This document shows positions 1 to 12,300 of a stretch of 64,000 bases of DNA, piece after piece (positions within the stretch are counted from its first letter, which is position 1; each line of letters opens with the position of its first letter). The notes under the pieces are model-generated. The model was not told the origin of the DNA and did no database searches. It worked only from the letters and a program-made list of their open reading frames with translations. The DNA lies in the NCBI RefSeq assembly GCF_000150275.1, contig NW_002060944.1, positions 3,614-67,613 on the forward strand. The letters are read 5' to 3'. The DNA is from Trichoplax adhaerens. Lineage: Eukaryota; Animalia; Placozoa. The translations under genes and the position numbers were made by a program.

Positions 1-290
1 AAGATTTGCATTTTACCGATACTTTAAGATAAGGCGTTTAAATGTAGCTACATGTATGAATGGTCGATTTATGTGATAAGTTATGAACTTTAAAAGTAGT
101 AGTAGGACTATCATAAAAATATCAATAATATTTTCAATATTTCTTGCTTTCTTTCAATACCATTTAATAGAAAAGAGTTTTTCAAATAATCAATTATTGA
201 GTATCGCTTTCATTATGTGAAACGTATTTTTGTAATGTAGCAAAATATACTTATATCAATGATATATTACATTAATAAAAACTTCTGCAG

Positions 291-3200
291 ACATTTGGCT
301 CATAATGCAATAGCCGAAGTAACTAATCCTAATAACGTCCAATTTAATGCACTGAAAATAATGTATGTATAAAATTCGTCTTTAATTATACATGAAGATG
401 CGAAAGTATATTTCTTACACGTTCAGTATTATGCGGAATTTACGTAGGAACATGAATCAGAACACACTCTCCAACATTTGCGGAAGGTCAAACGTACTCG
501 GAATTGCTCCTAACTTACAGAAATTGTTAAGTTTGACTTTGAATAAAGTGATATTTTCTGCATTTTTTATTATTCTTCAAGTTTAACTTACTACTATATG
601 AAATGTAAATTTTAGATATTTGGATTTCAACAAAATAAGAATTTTGAAAAGTAGATGTTTCAGGACACTTTTCAAATTACAACTACTGTAAGTATTTCAT
701 TTCTTAGAAAAATTAGCAAGAATAAATAAATTGTACAGTGTACATGATTCTATCTCGCTGAAAGCAGAAGCTAATAATATAATTACACCTTATGGCAAGA
801 AAAACGTATACCAATAAGCTAATATGTTGGATAATTTGTATGATTGCCTTGAAGTTAATTAAAATAAAATTTTTCTATTAGTTCTATTAAATCAAATCCA
901 TTAGCGCTGCTAAATGATGTTTCATTTTATGGCTCAGCGGCATTAACAACTGTGTAAGTAAAAATCTTCCTAAGTTTATATTAAGTAGCATGCTATTAAC
1001 AATTTCGGCTGTAATTTTACCATACTTTAGTCAATATCCATTATTGAAACGAACTTATAAAGCTCATGTATAAGTTTTCATTATGCATCTGTAAAATGAA
1101 ATATATTCTTTGATGATGCGATCAACTTAATTTAATATCCAAGCATAAAATTCAAAAATTTAAGAATGATTGCCTAGCACGCTTCCGTCTAATACAGACC
1201 TTCAAATATTGACAGCTACCTTGCCTATAGCAAGGTGCATCATAAATAGATTTAAGAAGAATCGCGGTATCATCTTACAACCACAGCAATGTGACAAATA
1301 CCAATTTATTCCAATATCAGAGTGATCAATAAATAATTAAGGAGTAATATACCGGTAGACTTTATCTTTTAGTAGTTTTCATCCATTATCAGAACTATCT
1401 ATACGAAATTATACCCATATATCAAGGAAGCAGACAGGAATTAATATCAAACGGGCGAGTCATTGCCAATGGGCAAATTACTTCTAATCTTGAGCTTAAC
1501 AAACTCGTATTATTCTGCATGTAGACAATTGGCTTGATCAGCTACTACCTTCTTATAGTAGTAGGAATTTACTGAATTAGACATCATTTATCGCATAAAT
1601 GATATAAAGTAAACAAAATTAGCGATGAAATAATAATTTTTAAATTTTAACAGTGCGAAAGCATTCGTAGTAATTTATATCTAACGATAATAATTATTAA
1701 GTTGGGCGTGTTCGACTTACTCCTCGTGTCCAAATTACAAGCTATTACAGTACTTGAAAATTAATCTTTGATGTTTAGTTGCTCACATGTTGTGGGTGGT
1801 ACGCCAATATATTTTCTGAACCATTTTTGGGTAATTTTATGTAGAGACTTTATGCCTAACTCGTTAGGGTTTTTTCTAAATCTTTTCTATCCTTTTATAA
1901 TCCAACGTCAACTAGAGCCTCCACACGTGCTTATTTATGCTGTATAGTTCCCGCCAAGATTACAACATGTACGCCAACTCCAGATTTAGATTCAGCCTCA
2001 AGCTGTGAAAATATACTGGCTCATACATCTTTACAATTAGCTGTTTGGATTATGGGTATTGCAGCGTTTATAGGAAATATACTTGTTATCGTTATGCATC
2101 GCACCAGTAACGATCAGAAAATGACGAAAGCTACGGAACTCGTATTTAGCAATTTAGCCCTGTCAGATTTTTTAATGTCATTGTATTTGTTTATTATTGG
2201 TGTTGCTGATCTAATGTATCGAGATCGTTACGCTCAATATGCTGAAGAATGGCTTAGTAGTCCAGCTTGTTTTATAGCATCATTCTTAATATGTACATCA
2301 AGCTTGATGTCGGTTATAATGATGTTATTTATCAGTATCGATCGATATACTATTACTGCTAATCCATTTGCATCATCGGATGGAAGATATAAACGGACTA
2401 AAATAGCATTAATACTTGGATGGCTTTTAACATGCACCTTCGTTGGTGTACCAACTATAATGGGTATCAATCAAATTGGAGATAGACGTTTACATGAATT
2501 CAGTTCTATTTGCTCTCCGAGTAATCTAAACAATCCATTCTACGCTGGTTGGACATTTTCCTTTGTTATAATTCAACTTATTTGTTGGATTATAACATTA
2601 ATAGCCTACGTAATGTTAGTAATTTCAGTCAGTAAAACTCAACGATCCGTTCGTAGCAGTGCTCAATCTCGCAACTCTGCAATAGCGATTCGATTATCAT
2701 TAATTTTAATTACAGATTTGATTGCCTGGTTACCAATTTATATAGTTTCCGCAATTACCATAATTCAAGGCAGATTAAATGTATTTACATTACAATTTGC
2801 GATCATTTTGGCTATACCACTAAATTCAGCAATAAATCCCTACATTTATACTGCTACTGGGACAGCTTGTTTCAATCGATTAGTTACAAGAGGATCGAAT
2901 AGAAAATCAGCGCAGCTGTCACATAAACAAATCTCTAATTTGCAATTGTTAACGTGCAATACTAGCTCTGTAACTCACGATAAATCAGCCATTAATCAAG
3001 AAAATGTTGTTAATCAAGAAATGCAAAATCCCGCTGAAACATCTAACATCTGTTATGAAAACAATTGTGATAACTGTGATAACTGCATGACTAAAGGATC
3101 AGTCGGTGAAGTTCATTCTGGTAATAATGAAATAATTAGATGTAATTCTATTTATCAAAGTATCAATTCTTCATTCGCTAGCAACCTTTCACATGTATCC

Positions 3201-3662
3201 GCTGATACTGCAACTATCAGAAATAATGCCGATATAAGCGATGATATCAATCACAAGAGCAAATCAACTCATGATAAAAACAGTCTTATACCTCATAATG
3301 ATGTTTCGGATGCTGATCGTATTAATGCTAATGATGACGTAGGTATTATAAATCCTATGTTCTACGATCCTGATGGTCTAAATGCTAGAGAAGCCAGTCA
3401 TAGGCAAGAACTTTTAAATAATAATGAGGATACAAAACATCACCAAACAACTGGCGCCCAAGATTTAAGAAAGTTTTGCTACGAGTTTGTTCCCAAAAAG
3501 CCACATAATGCTGTTGATTTGAAGATGAATAGCTGTAATAACATCAGTACACTTTATACAAATATAGAAACAGCTGATTCTGATGAAGGATTTCATCCTG
3601 CTCCATCGTTATCGAAGCTATCCTATCGTGATTTCGTATTAAAAAGGAACAACACATGGTAG
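291..3662 (+). CDS. LRR-containing GPCR 1 (LGR/GRL101/RXFP-like), 5'-truncated by the window; exons 291-362, 448-525, 616-687, 882-953, 1916-3662
   Basis: Four GT-AG phase-2 exons of 72-78 nt each encode one LRR (HLAHNAIAEV.., NMNQNTLSNI.., YLDFNKIRIL.., SIKSNPLALL..). The last exon encodes the hinge YLCCIVP..C.P..SSCENIL, seven hydrophobic segments with GN (TM1), LALSD (TM2), DRY (TM3), WLP (TM6), NSAINPYIY (TM7) and a long C-tail. Confidence 0.9.
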
Positions 3663-6243
3663 TTTCTGGATAACAACTAATCAGACATCCAATCACAAGT
3701 GTCTAGACAATACAAGTCTAATATAAATGGTAGGTGACCAAATTTCCTTGCTGCCTTTCAACCTTTATCTGCCAGTTTAAATATATGCGCTTACCATTAT
3801 ATACTGTGAAAACATCTATAAAATAGAATACACGCGATTAAATAAATTTATTAGCTAATGTCTTGCACGAATGGATTATAGTATCAATGTCACAATTTCA
3901 ACTCTGCAACTAAGAAACGTACAGTAAAAGTCAATAAGTAACTACTGATTCAAAAGCTCTTTCACTAAACGTTAAATGCAAACATTGAAATACCGTAAAG
4001 ATAGAACTTTGATTAGCATAAGCAAATCTACAACTTTTCTTTACACAACTTAACTCAATTTTTCCCGTCCATATAGCAACCATGTAATCTGTAAGCAACA
4101 AGAGTATTATTATTGTTCTACATTGGAAGAGACATTTCGAATTGAGATGTTCCTTACATAGCTTTTCTATCAGTAAATATTTTTAATCTCTCACTCATAC
4201 TTAATCTTAATCTAAGCATGTATGTTATCTAGTTCAACTATCATTGGCTAGAACTTGAATCACCTCACTACTATGTATATACATAATGAGGCATTACTTA
4301 TCTTACCTAGCACTACAAATATGGATATTTTCCATACTAGCTACTACTGCAGTATTAAACTATCATGCCATGAAGGTATCACCCTAACAATCGAATAAAG
4401 ATAAACTCAACTGTCTAGTACATTTAATACACTGAAATGTCATAAGAATTGCTAATTGAAAATTATAAACGACATACCGAGCTATAAATTTTGCAAAATA
4501 GAAATATTATAATATGATCGGACGTTAAAATCTAGGATCAACCCTTTCCACCATAAAGATACGCAGTTCACTAATTCTATTTTCTCTTAAATGCCTCTCC
4601 ACAAGTGTTAGTATACTAGAAATAATCTAGATTATAGTCACTAGACTATGTGATAAAAATTGCTCGTCCAATTTAAAGGTTATTGAATGATAATCTTGAG
4701 CTATCTCATAAATCTAGCGGTAGTAGGTAAAACGACTTATCTTAAGGAACTACCTTTCCAATATTAATGCTATGTTGTAGAAGTGCTTTCATACTAATCA
4801 TGTAGCGTGTTGTTTACAGTCTCGGTATCATATTAAAAGTCGCCTTTACGAGAGAATGTATGCTATAGTAAATCATAATGATTTATATTGTAAGTTACAG
4901 CAGTAAGTCGGTACCATTCATGCATTGCATTGATTGATATTGAGTGTCTTTAGGACAATGACGGGCTACCGTTATGTCTGTTGAGTCACTAAGTGGATGT
5001 AATAGGAATTCTATCCGTAATATTAAAATGGCAGTAGATACAATGAGGGTTCCGGTAGGAATTCTTGCCTAGCTCATATTAAGAGTTGTATTTTATGTTG
5101 TAATAAATTCTTTTACAACCTAAAATTAATAATACGGTTTGACTAAATTACAAGCTGTCATGTTTTTAATGTTTTAGTAACGTTGACCTCCTTTATTGTT
5201 GGTTGTAAGTTATTATTGTTGTAGACTGTTAGTAAGTACGGCTAAAATAAAGTCGTCGCCTAATGTAAGTTATACTTTTAGCTACTATTCCTTTGAGTCT
5301 GTCTAGGAGGGTAATTCTAGATATTTTATGCCTCTTAGACTTTCATGGCAACTTGCTATACTTTTCAAAACATATCGCAGTAACTTGTATGAATGCCCAT
5401 TTATAGATTAAATGCATAAGTCAGTATAATTCTGATATCGACTGAGCTAAATTCATACTATTGATGTTAAGTTATGTATTGTTTTCTAGACTACTTCCAA
5501 AGCAAGACTTGTTAGCAAATCTAACTGTCAATAAAAACAGTGCAAGCTTTAAAATATTTCCTATTCTGATTCCGTCATTTTACAATTGCAACATTTTCAT
5601 TACAAAATTTTTGTGCCATAATAATTAGATATATTTATTAACGTTAGTCTGATATTAGTATGCATGTCATCCATAGTATTAGCTAGCAAACTTTTGAAGA
5701 GTATTACTCTTTTTCTTTACTGCCTTACATTGGTCTAAGAAAGATTCCGATAAATTTTACTTTCGTTGTAATACCGCATGTTCCTATGAAGCTATAATTT
5801 AGTCTAAATAAAGAATGCTAGCCTTTAATTTTTAAATCATAACAGAATCATCACTTTCTTTCTTCTGTGGTGGATTTACTATCGGCATTTAATTTCCTAA
5901 CGGCCGTATTACGCGATAGCTAAAGAATTAATGAAATTAGATAGTACTGAAATTATCAAAAAAATATCCAGTTCAATTTATCATATTTTCTAGGGTAATA
6001 AGCGGTCTATTCAACTTATACCTCTTTATTCCCTGTTTTTCCTGTATTTAAACTTAATTCTTTTTTTCTAGTAGTTTACGTTTTCTTATTTTTTAGTCTC
6101 TTATCTGTAATTTATTTTCCTTATGAAGACTCTTACTGTTCAATTAACTAACCCTTTTTTATCTTTGATATAACTTTTAATAAATCAGCGACAGAAATTG
6201 ATTATTGCGGCTATGATTACTGAGCCGTTACATGTCCAAGTTT

Positions 6244-6264
6244 TATATATATATATATATATAT
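6244..6264. repeat. (TA)n microsatellite
   Basis: About 10 consecutive TA units. Confidence 0.9.
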
Positions 6265-6699
6265 GAACGTGACCTATATATAACAGACAAACATAGTAAC
6301 GTGCATAGTTGAAACGCTTCAAAGATTATATTGATGTCGATAGACATTCATACAAATGGAAATAATGACGTGTAATTATTACATCTTTTCACAAGTTTTA
6401 AGAGAGCTTTTGGCTATGAAGTAATTTTTTACCGCTAAATATGGCCATAATTATATCTTTTAGGACAAAAATAGGCTAAGGAAATCTGTCCAATATTCTT
6501 ATCATTTCTTTTTTCGAAATTTAGTTGGGAAGCTGAAGTAAAGCTTTACAACAGGACTCTAATGAATTTTTTTAAACTGGGAAAAATTATGTTATAAACT
6601 ATATTTTGGTTAGTAATCTGTGATCTCATAATTGAAATGTTAGTTTTTACTAAATATCAGCAAACATATCAAATACACAAAATAGTGTAGGACAAAATG

Positions 6700-8050
6700 C
6701 AGAGTCCTTTATAGCTTTTAGCATGTAACTATTATTACTTTACCATCAAAAATACTTAGAAAGTGATAGTATCTTTAAGTTTTACCCGGCCAAATCATGA
6801 TGTCTCCATCTTTTCTTCTTCACTACTTCACAAAGTATTCTATAGATCAATATAGAAATAACCTAGGAGCAATCGCCTAATCTAAAGAAAGGGCGTTCGA
6901 TAGTCTATTGGGATTGTAAATGAATTTGATTTAGTAGCAAAGCCTTATTCATAGAGAAAGGGGATTTACAACATGACAATAAAGTAGTGTAATGTAGGTT
7001 ATAATCGTACAGTTACCGCACAACTTCATGCTAAAACATCAGCTGTCAATGCTAATGCCAGAAAAGTAGTCATAGTTGTCAATATAAAATTTTTTTGTTA
7101 AGCGATTATGTGATCTTTATAAAATTCGGATTTTGGGGATTAAGATTCCGGAACTGGTCGGATCTATGTCCGATATAAATTTTGTATTTTAATTTTTGGA
7201 AAATGTTGTAAGAGTTGATTTATGAAATTTAAACTTTTCGTTGTGAATTTACAGCTTGGAATTTTATGACGTGACATGAAAGTTACATTAGGAAAGTTTA
7301 GTTGAGGAAATACAGAATAAGATGGCAAATGGTAGAGGTTGTGTTGATTGTTAATTGGTTAGACTGTTATATTAAGACAAAATCAGAGAAATCTTGATGC
7401 TTAAAGGTTAATTTTTAGACTTTTATAATGTTATAATGATTAGAAATTATGTTCGAAGTGAAGCTTGATGTATTTTATAGTTAGGTTTTTGATTTTATAG
7501 TGTTTTGTAAGGGAATCAAAAGGTAAATTATGTCTGAACTTTGAATTATTTTTTTATTTTTAAGCGGTTCAAAGTAATTTTCTAAAGTGAATCTTAAGAG
7601 CGATTGGTTAATAAATGTTTATTTTAAATCCCACTGACGGCTCTGCAAAGGCTATAAATGATAGTCCAACCAGAAAATTTAGAGTAGAGAGTAAAAAAAG
7701 ATTTTTTTTAAGAACTTATTGAATTTTAAAGGCCTTTGAAGTCGAACTGTTGTAAGTGAAAACGTTCTTCTTTTTTTTAAGTTATTTGATTGTTGACAGT
7801 TACAGTTCTGTCATTAATTTTTTTATTTATTCACTTACAAAACTTAGAATTAAGTATTTGAAAGGTTATTCAATCTGACTCTCTCTCGTTTTCTTAATAA
7901 ATTGTTGATCGGTTGTTTCCTCCGTTTTTATTTGTTGTCAAAGTTGCATTAAGTCGACCAAAGATTAAAGAAAGCAGAATCAAAGTTTATTAGAAGTTTA
8001 GTAGCTTGATTTCTGCACAATTTATTCCATTAAAATAGGACACTATAAAA
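6700..8050 (-). mobile_element. Degenerate non-LTR retrotransposon (LINE-type) reverse transcriptase remnant
   Basis: Minus-strand translation gives RT-like motifs in the expected order: FD/SKAF across a frameshift (~7725-7746), LKIN (~7407-7418), TFMSRH (~7266-7283) and LYRT*IRPVPES*SP (~7135-7178; cf. LYKxxIRPxLEYxSP). The last three are in one frame with stops. The segment is absent from the paralogous spacer at ~39805-39843. Boundaries approximate. Confidence 0.6.
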
Positions 8051-9320
8051 GCCTCAGTTATTGCAATAGGGTAAATTTAACTTTTTAAATAGCAGTAAGA
8101 AACACCTATAGCTAAAACTTTTGTTGTTTTGACAGCCAAGTTTAAATTACGCAAAAATATTATTGTTGACCAATTGGAAAAAGCAAAACTTATATCATTC
8201 CGCGATAAATTACCCATGTTGATACCGACATATGGCTAGTTAATCTACTGTATCTAACCATTCTATCTGCAACATAATTAAATTAACTAATTAAGACTGT
8301 TGTTTAGTTTTAACAGCAATCGTTCTATTTCTGCCTAATCTAGGCTAAGCGAATGCATTTATTGTTACGCCCATTAATCAATCAACCAATTTATGTATAC
8401 TATGGATTCAAGCCAATTATTATATAGTACTAACAAAGATAGCTACTATAATGATTCAGCAGCATATCTGGCTGTTTTGCTCTAGAAGATAATTATTTAC
8501 CTGCTGAGTATGAATCCCATTCCGTGAACTACTATACTACCAATATATAACTAATGACCTACAATCCATTAGTTAGCTACCATAAATTCTAAAAATTTAA
8601 GAGTCAATACTTATTGACCCCGGTCGTTCATCTATTTATTAGACATATTGTTCTAATTTGGTGCCATTGACTTTAATAAATGAATTAACAAAGATTTTAG
8701 ATATGAGTAACGAAACAATTTCAATTAAATTGGAATATAACATAAGGCGCTGGAATGCATTTCGCAGTGAAATTATTTAATTGAAGAAACTTGCTTGCTT
8801 TTTATTTGCGTTAAAACATATCAAATTTTTGGTTTCACATAATCGATTCGAAGAAATCATTTCCTATGATAGCTTCTTTCTGAAGCGATAATCATTCGGT
8901 AAAGAAATTTAAAATTTTTAATGAATGGTAGCTTTTTATTGATACTTCACTCATATCTAAGTAAATCTAGGCAAGTAGATTTTGTAAAAAGTATAGCATT
9001 TATGTATTTCTATATTTATCAACACCGAAACGATATCTTCTGATTCGCAGCAAAGACAACATCTTTCTTAATCTTAACTTGTAAAGTAATGAAACAGCAT
9101 ATTCAACGTGACAAAATATCTTTATAAACTATATCGTAGTTAGGATTTCGAAGCGTAATAGGTATCATGCAAATATTTGCTTCTTTAGAGCATTAGATCA
9201 GCAAAGTCCTCAGTTAAATAAATTGATACAACTTATGAACTATCTGCTGTACTTTCCAGTACTTTAATCTTACCAATTAAGTCAATTAAAAGGTATCCTG
9301 AATAAAAAATACGGGTAATC

Positions 9321-9384
9321 ATGGCATTACTATCTATTTTACTTTGGCATTTCGCATTCCTTTCTGGCTATCTACATGCCTCAG
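9321..9384 (+). CDS. Signal-peptide exon of LRR-GPCR 2
   Basis: ATG, hydrophobic 21-mer, CAG|GTATGA donor in phase 1, matching the phase-1 acceptor at 11559. Confidence 0.8.
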
Positions 9385-12300
9385 GTATGAAAATTTCGTT
9401 AACTTTTTATTTCGTACTTAACTACTACAAATACAAGAACGTAACAAGTAGTGTATATTCTAAGCAACTATGACATCTAATGAAACATTTTTTTCGACTT
9501 TCAATTCGGTAAAGTATGAATATAAACCAGTTACGAATTGTTCAATCTTCTTCAAGTATCTTGCTAATCAATATTTCAATAATGATGATGTACTATTGTG
9601 ATGTACTATAGTGATAAAATCCAATCACAAAAATTCCAAAGTTATAGAGAATTAAAACTTTATTAGATCGAATACAAAGACTAGCTACACATAGCTCTAC
9701 TCTAGCCGAATATAACTATTGAAGGACTTCTCGAAAGAACGAACTGAATAGTCTAAAGTTGCCGGCTTACATTCATTTCATGGTAGTCATAGCCACAATC
9801 AACATAGCAACAGTCTACCTTAATTTACACATAGTCAAATTATTATTATACCATCATTAATGCGATTAGGAAACAGCTACAGTATTTCCGTAGATATTAT
9901 TCTTAGCGGTCAAAGTACGGTAAACTAAGCATATCCTAATATATGAATTACAGTTCTATTTTTTTATCTCTAGCCTTAATAATAACTCAACACCGTACTA
10001 TATACTGTATAGTTATCTGTACTATAGCATAGAATCTACCATTACAGTCCACAGTAGTGAGCTACCAAAACACGTCTTAAGACAAATATAGAAAGTTACG
10101 CTTCCGTAAATCTTACTAACATAGCTAAAAGTCTACAATTACGATACTAAGTTTCATTAGAACTATCTAGATTAATGTACAGATACTTTTCTCAAGAATT
10201 GCCTGGTTACAGGACATCCTAAATATTAGTTATAAACCGTTGTCTAATGATCGATACAAGTCGATACACCTAGTTTTACATACTATAAGTCACAGAGATT
10301 AAATATTTAGTTTTTTTTAAGGTTATCTGAAATTTGCTGCTGATTCTAAACCACTTATTGCTACAATTTTGACCGAATACAGTTCGGATTGATTCGTGAT
10401 AGTTAGTCATACCGCGTTAGTGTGTAGTAGTATAGTACGTCTGTACTCATAATATTTAAATATTTGTACAACGTTACAGCAGTTGGTTTTTAGTGATTTT
10501 ACTCATTCGATTCTAGTCAGTCAACTCATCAGAGTTGCTGTTAGTAGTTGCCAGTTTACGGCAATCATTAGTAATTATAATTGCTTGAGAAGTCTAAGTG
10601 CCATCGTATGCGCTGTTTGATTTAGTTACGTTCAGTGGTGAGATCCATCGTGATCTATATGATCTCAGTTAGACCGTAAGGTCAAATAATATTCAGCGTT
10701 GTCTTGTATCATTCTTGATCTCAAATAAAGAGTAACCTAGGACTAACAGATATTGGCCAGGTATTGATTATTTGCGTAGAAGTAGTCCAATTAGTACATT
10801 AATCCGAGTAACTATAGAACTTTCCGTATCTGCGGATGAATTAGTTCTAATACAATACGTTAGATATACTGAACTGTAACACTTATATATATAAATTATA
10901 GCTTATTATTATAGGTAATCTAATATGTATTTAAATATCAAGACTAATATTTATTGGACATTTCTTCAAATTACATAGTTAACAATTGTTAGCCAGCATT
11001 GTATAGTGGCTCGTGAGCTTGCCAAGTTTAATCATTATTCAGCATTTATGCTATTGCGCGTGAAATGAATACAGCATGTATAATGATAAAGAAAATTTTA
11101 AATATAACATGGCCGATACGCATTAGGAGCAAGCTAGAGATATAAAGTTATAACATAAATATAAAATGAAAAAAACGTTATGCACTGCGTTTTATTGTAA
11201 ATAAAAATTCACAACTTTGATTATCATCAAGTCTAATTTCAAAACTTTCTACTATGAGTAAAGTTTCCACATCTATTGTATCTCAATTGCTTTGAATTAA
11301 ATCCGCGTTAAGAAGCGATTATTAAAGCCTTGGCAGTTCCTTACCATTACGTACTATAATAATAGTAACATAGTACTGTATAAAAATTTACGATAAAGGT
11401 AGTAGAATAGGTCATGGATAATAAATCTAGGTAATAGATATTTGGAAAGAGTGTTAAGATGGTATATTTAAGTAAATAAACCAACTGATTGCTGTATGCC
11501 CAGTGTCAATAATGAAATAAACTTTATATTTATACCTTTCCTTGCAACGGTGTAATAGTACTTCAATGTCCTCAAACTTGCACTTGCCCGAGTGCTTCGT
11601 ATATAGGCTGCACAGATGCAACCATGACTACTTTTCCAACTGCAAAAGTAATGATGGCTAACGTCACACAATTGTGAGTATATTACGACACTTTCACTAT
11701 AAGTGCACTTATCAAACTAAGATTTTAGCTACAATAAAAATCTTATCTAACTTAATTCACTTATGTAAGCAAGTGAGAACTATCTCTAAATTCAGTTTAG
11801 CCGTGATTTATACCTTATAAATGCAAGGCTTAAATATAAAATGTTATAATTTTTGAAAATAGAAGGATTACTGGCACCTTAATTTGGAAAGTTAATGAAA
11901 ATAGCCTATCTAATTATCCAAGCTTAAAATGGCTGTAAGTCAAACATAGTTATAGATACACCTACTAATACCTCGTTAATGTTAACTCACTAAGTCATCT
12001 CCAAATGATTATCACAAATAAATAAATGATCTAATTTATTAATAGATTTTCACTTCATGACTGATTTCAATTTAGATACTTGAACAAAAATAAAATACAA
12101 AAGATTGAAGATGGTGCTTTTGCAAGACTGTATAATTTACAAGTACTGTAAGTTAAAATAATGTAAGATGTGTTAATGGTTTCCCAGCGAGAATATTCTT
12201 AATTATTCTATTAATTTGAACTATTGCAAAATTGTAATTACTACAATTTGCAAGTTCTGTTAATCCTTTGCATACTAATCGCCCAACAGCGTCTTTGATT

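Larger units (their letters stand above)
6050..8790 (+). repeat. Intergenic block homologous to ~39200-41250 (tandem-duplication relic)
   Basis: Collinear similar segments: ~6140-6220 vs ~39315-39395 (taaatcagcga), ~6415-6665 vs ~39560-39805 (gtaatttttaccgctaa), ~8055-8325 vs ~39843-40105 (tttagttttaacagcaat), ~8598-8780 vs ~40611-41250 (ataaatgaattaacaaagattt). Confidence 0.8.
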
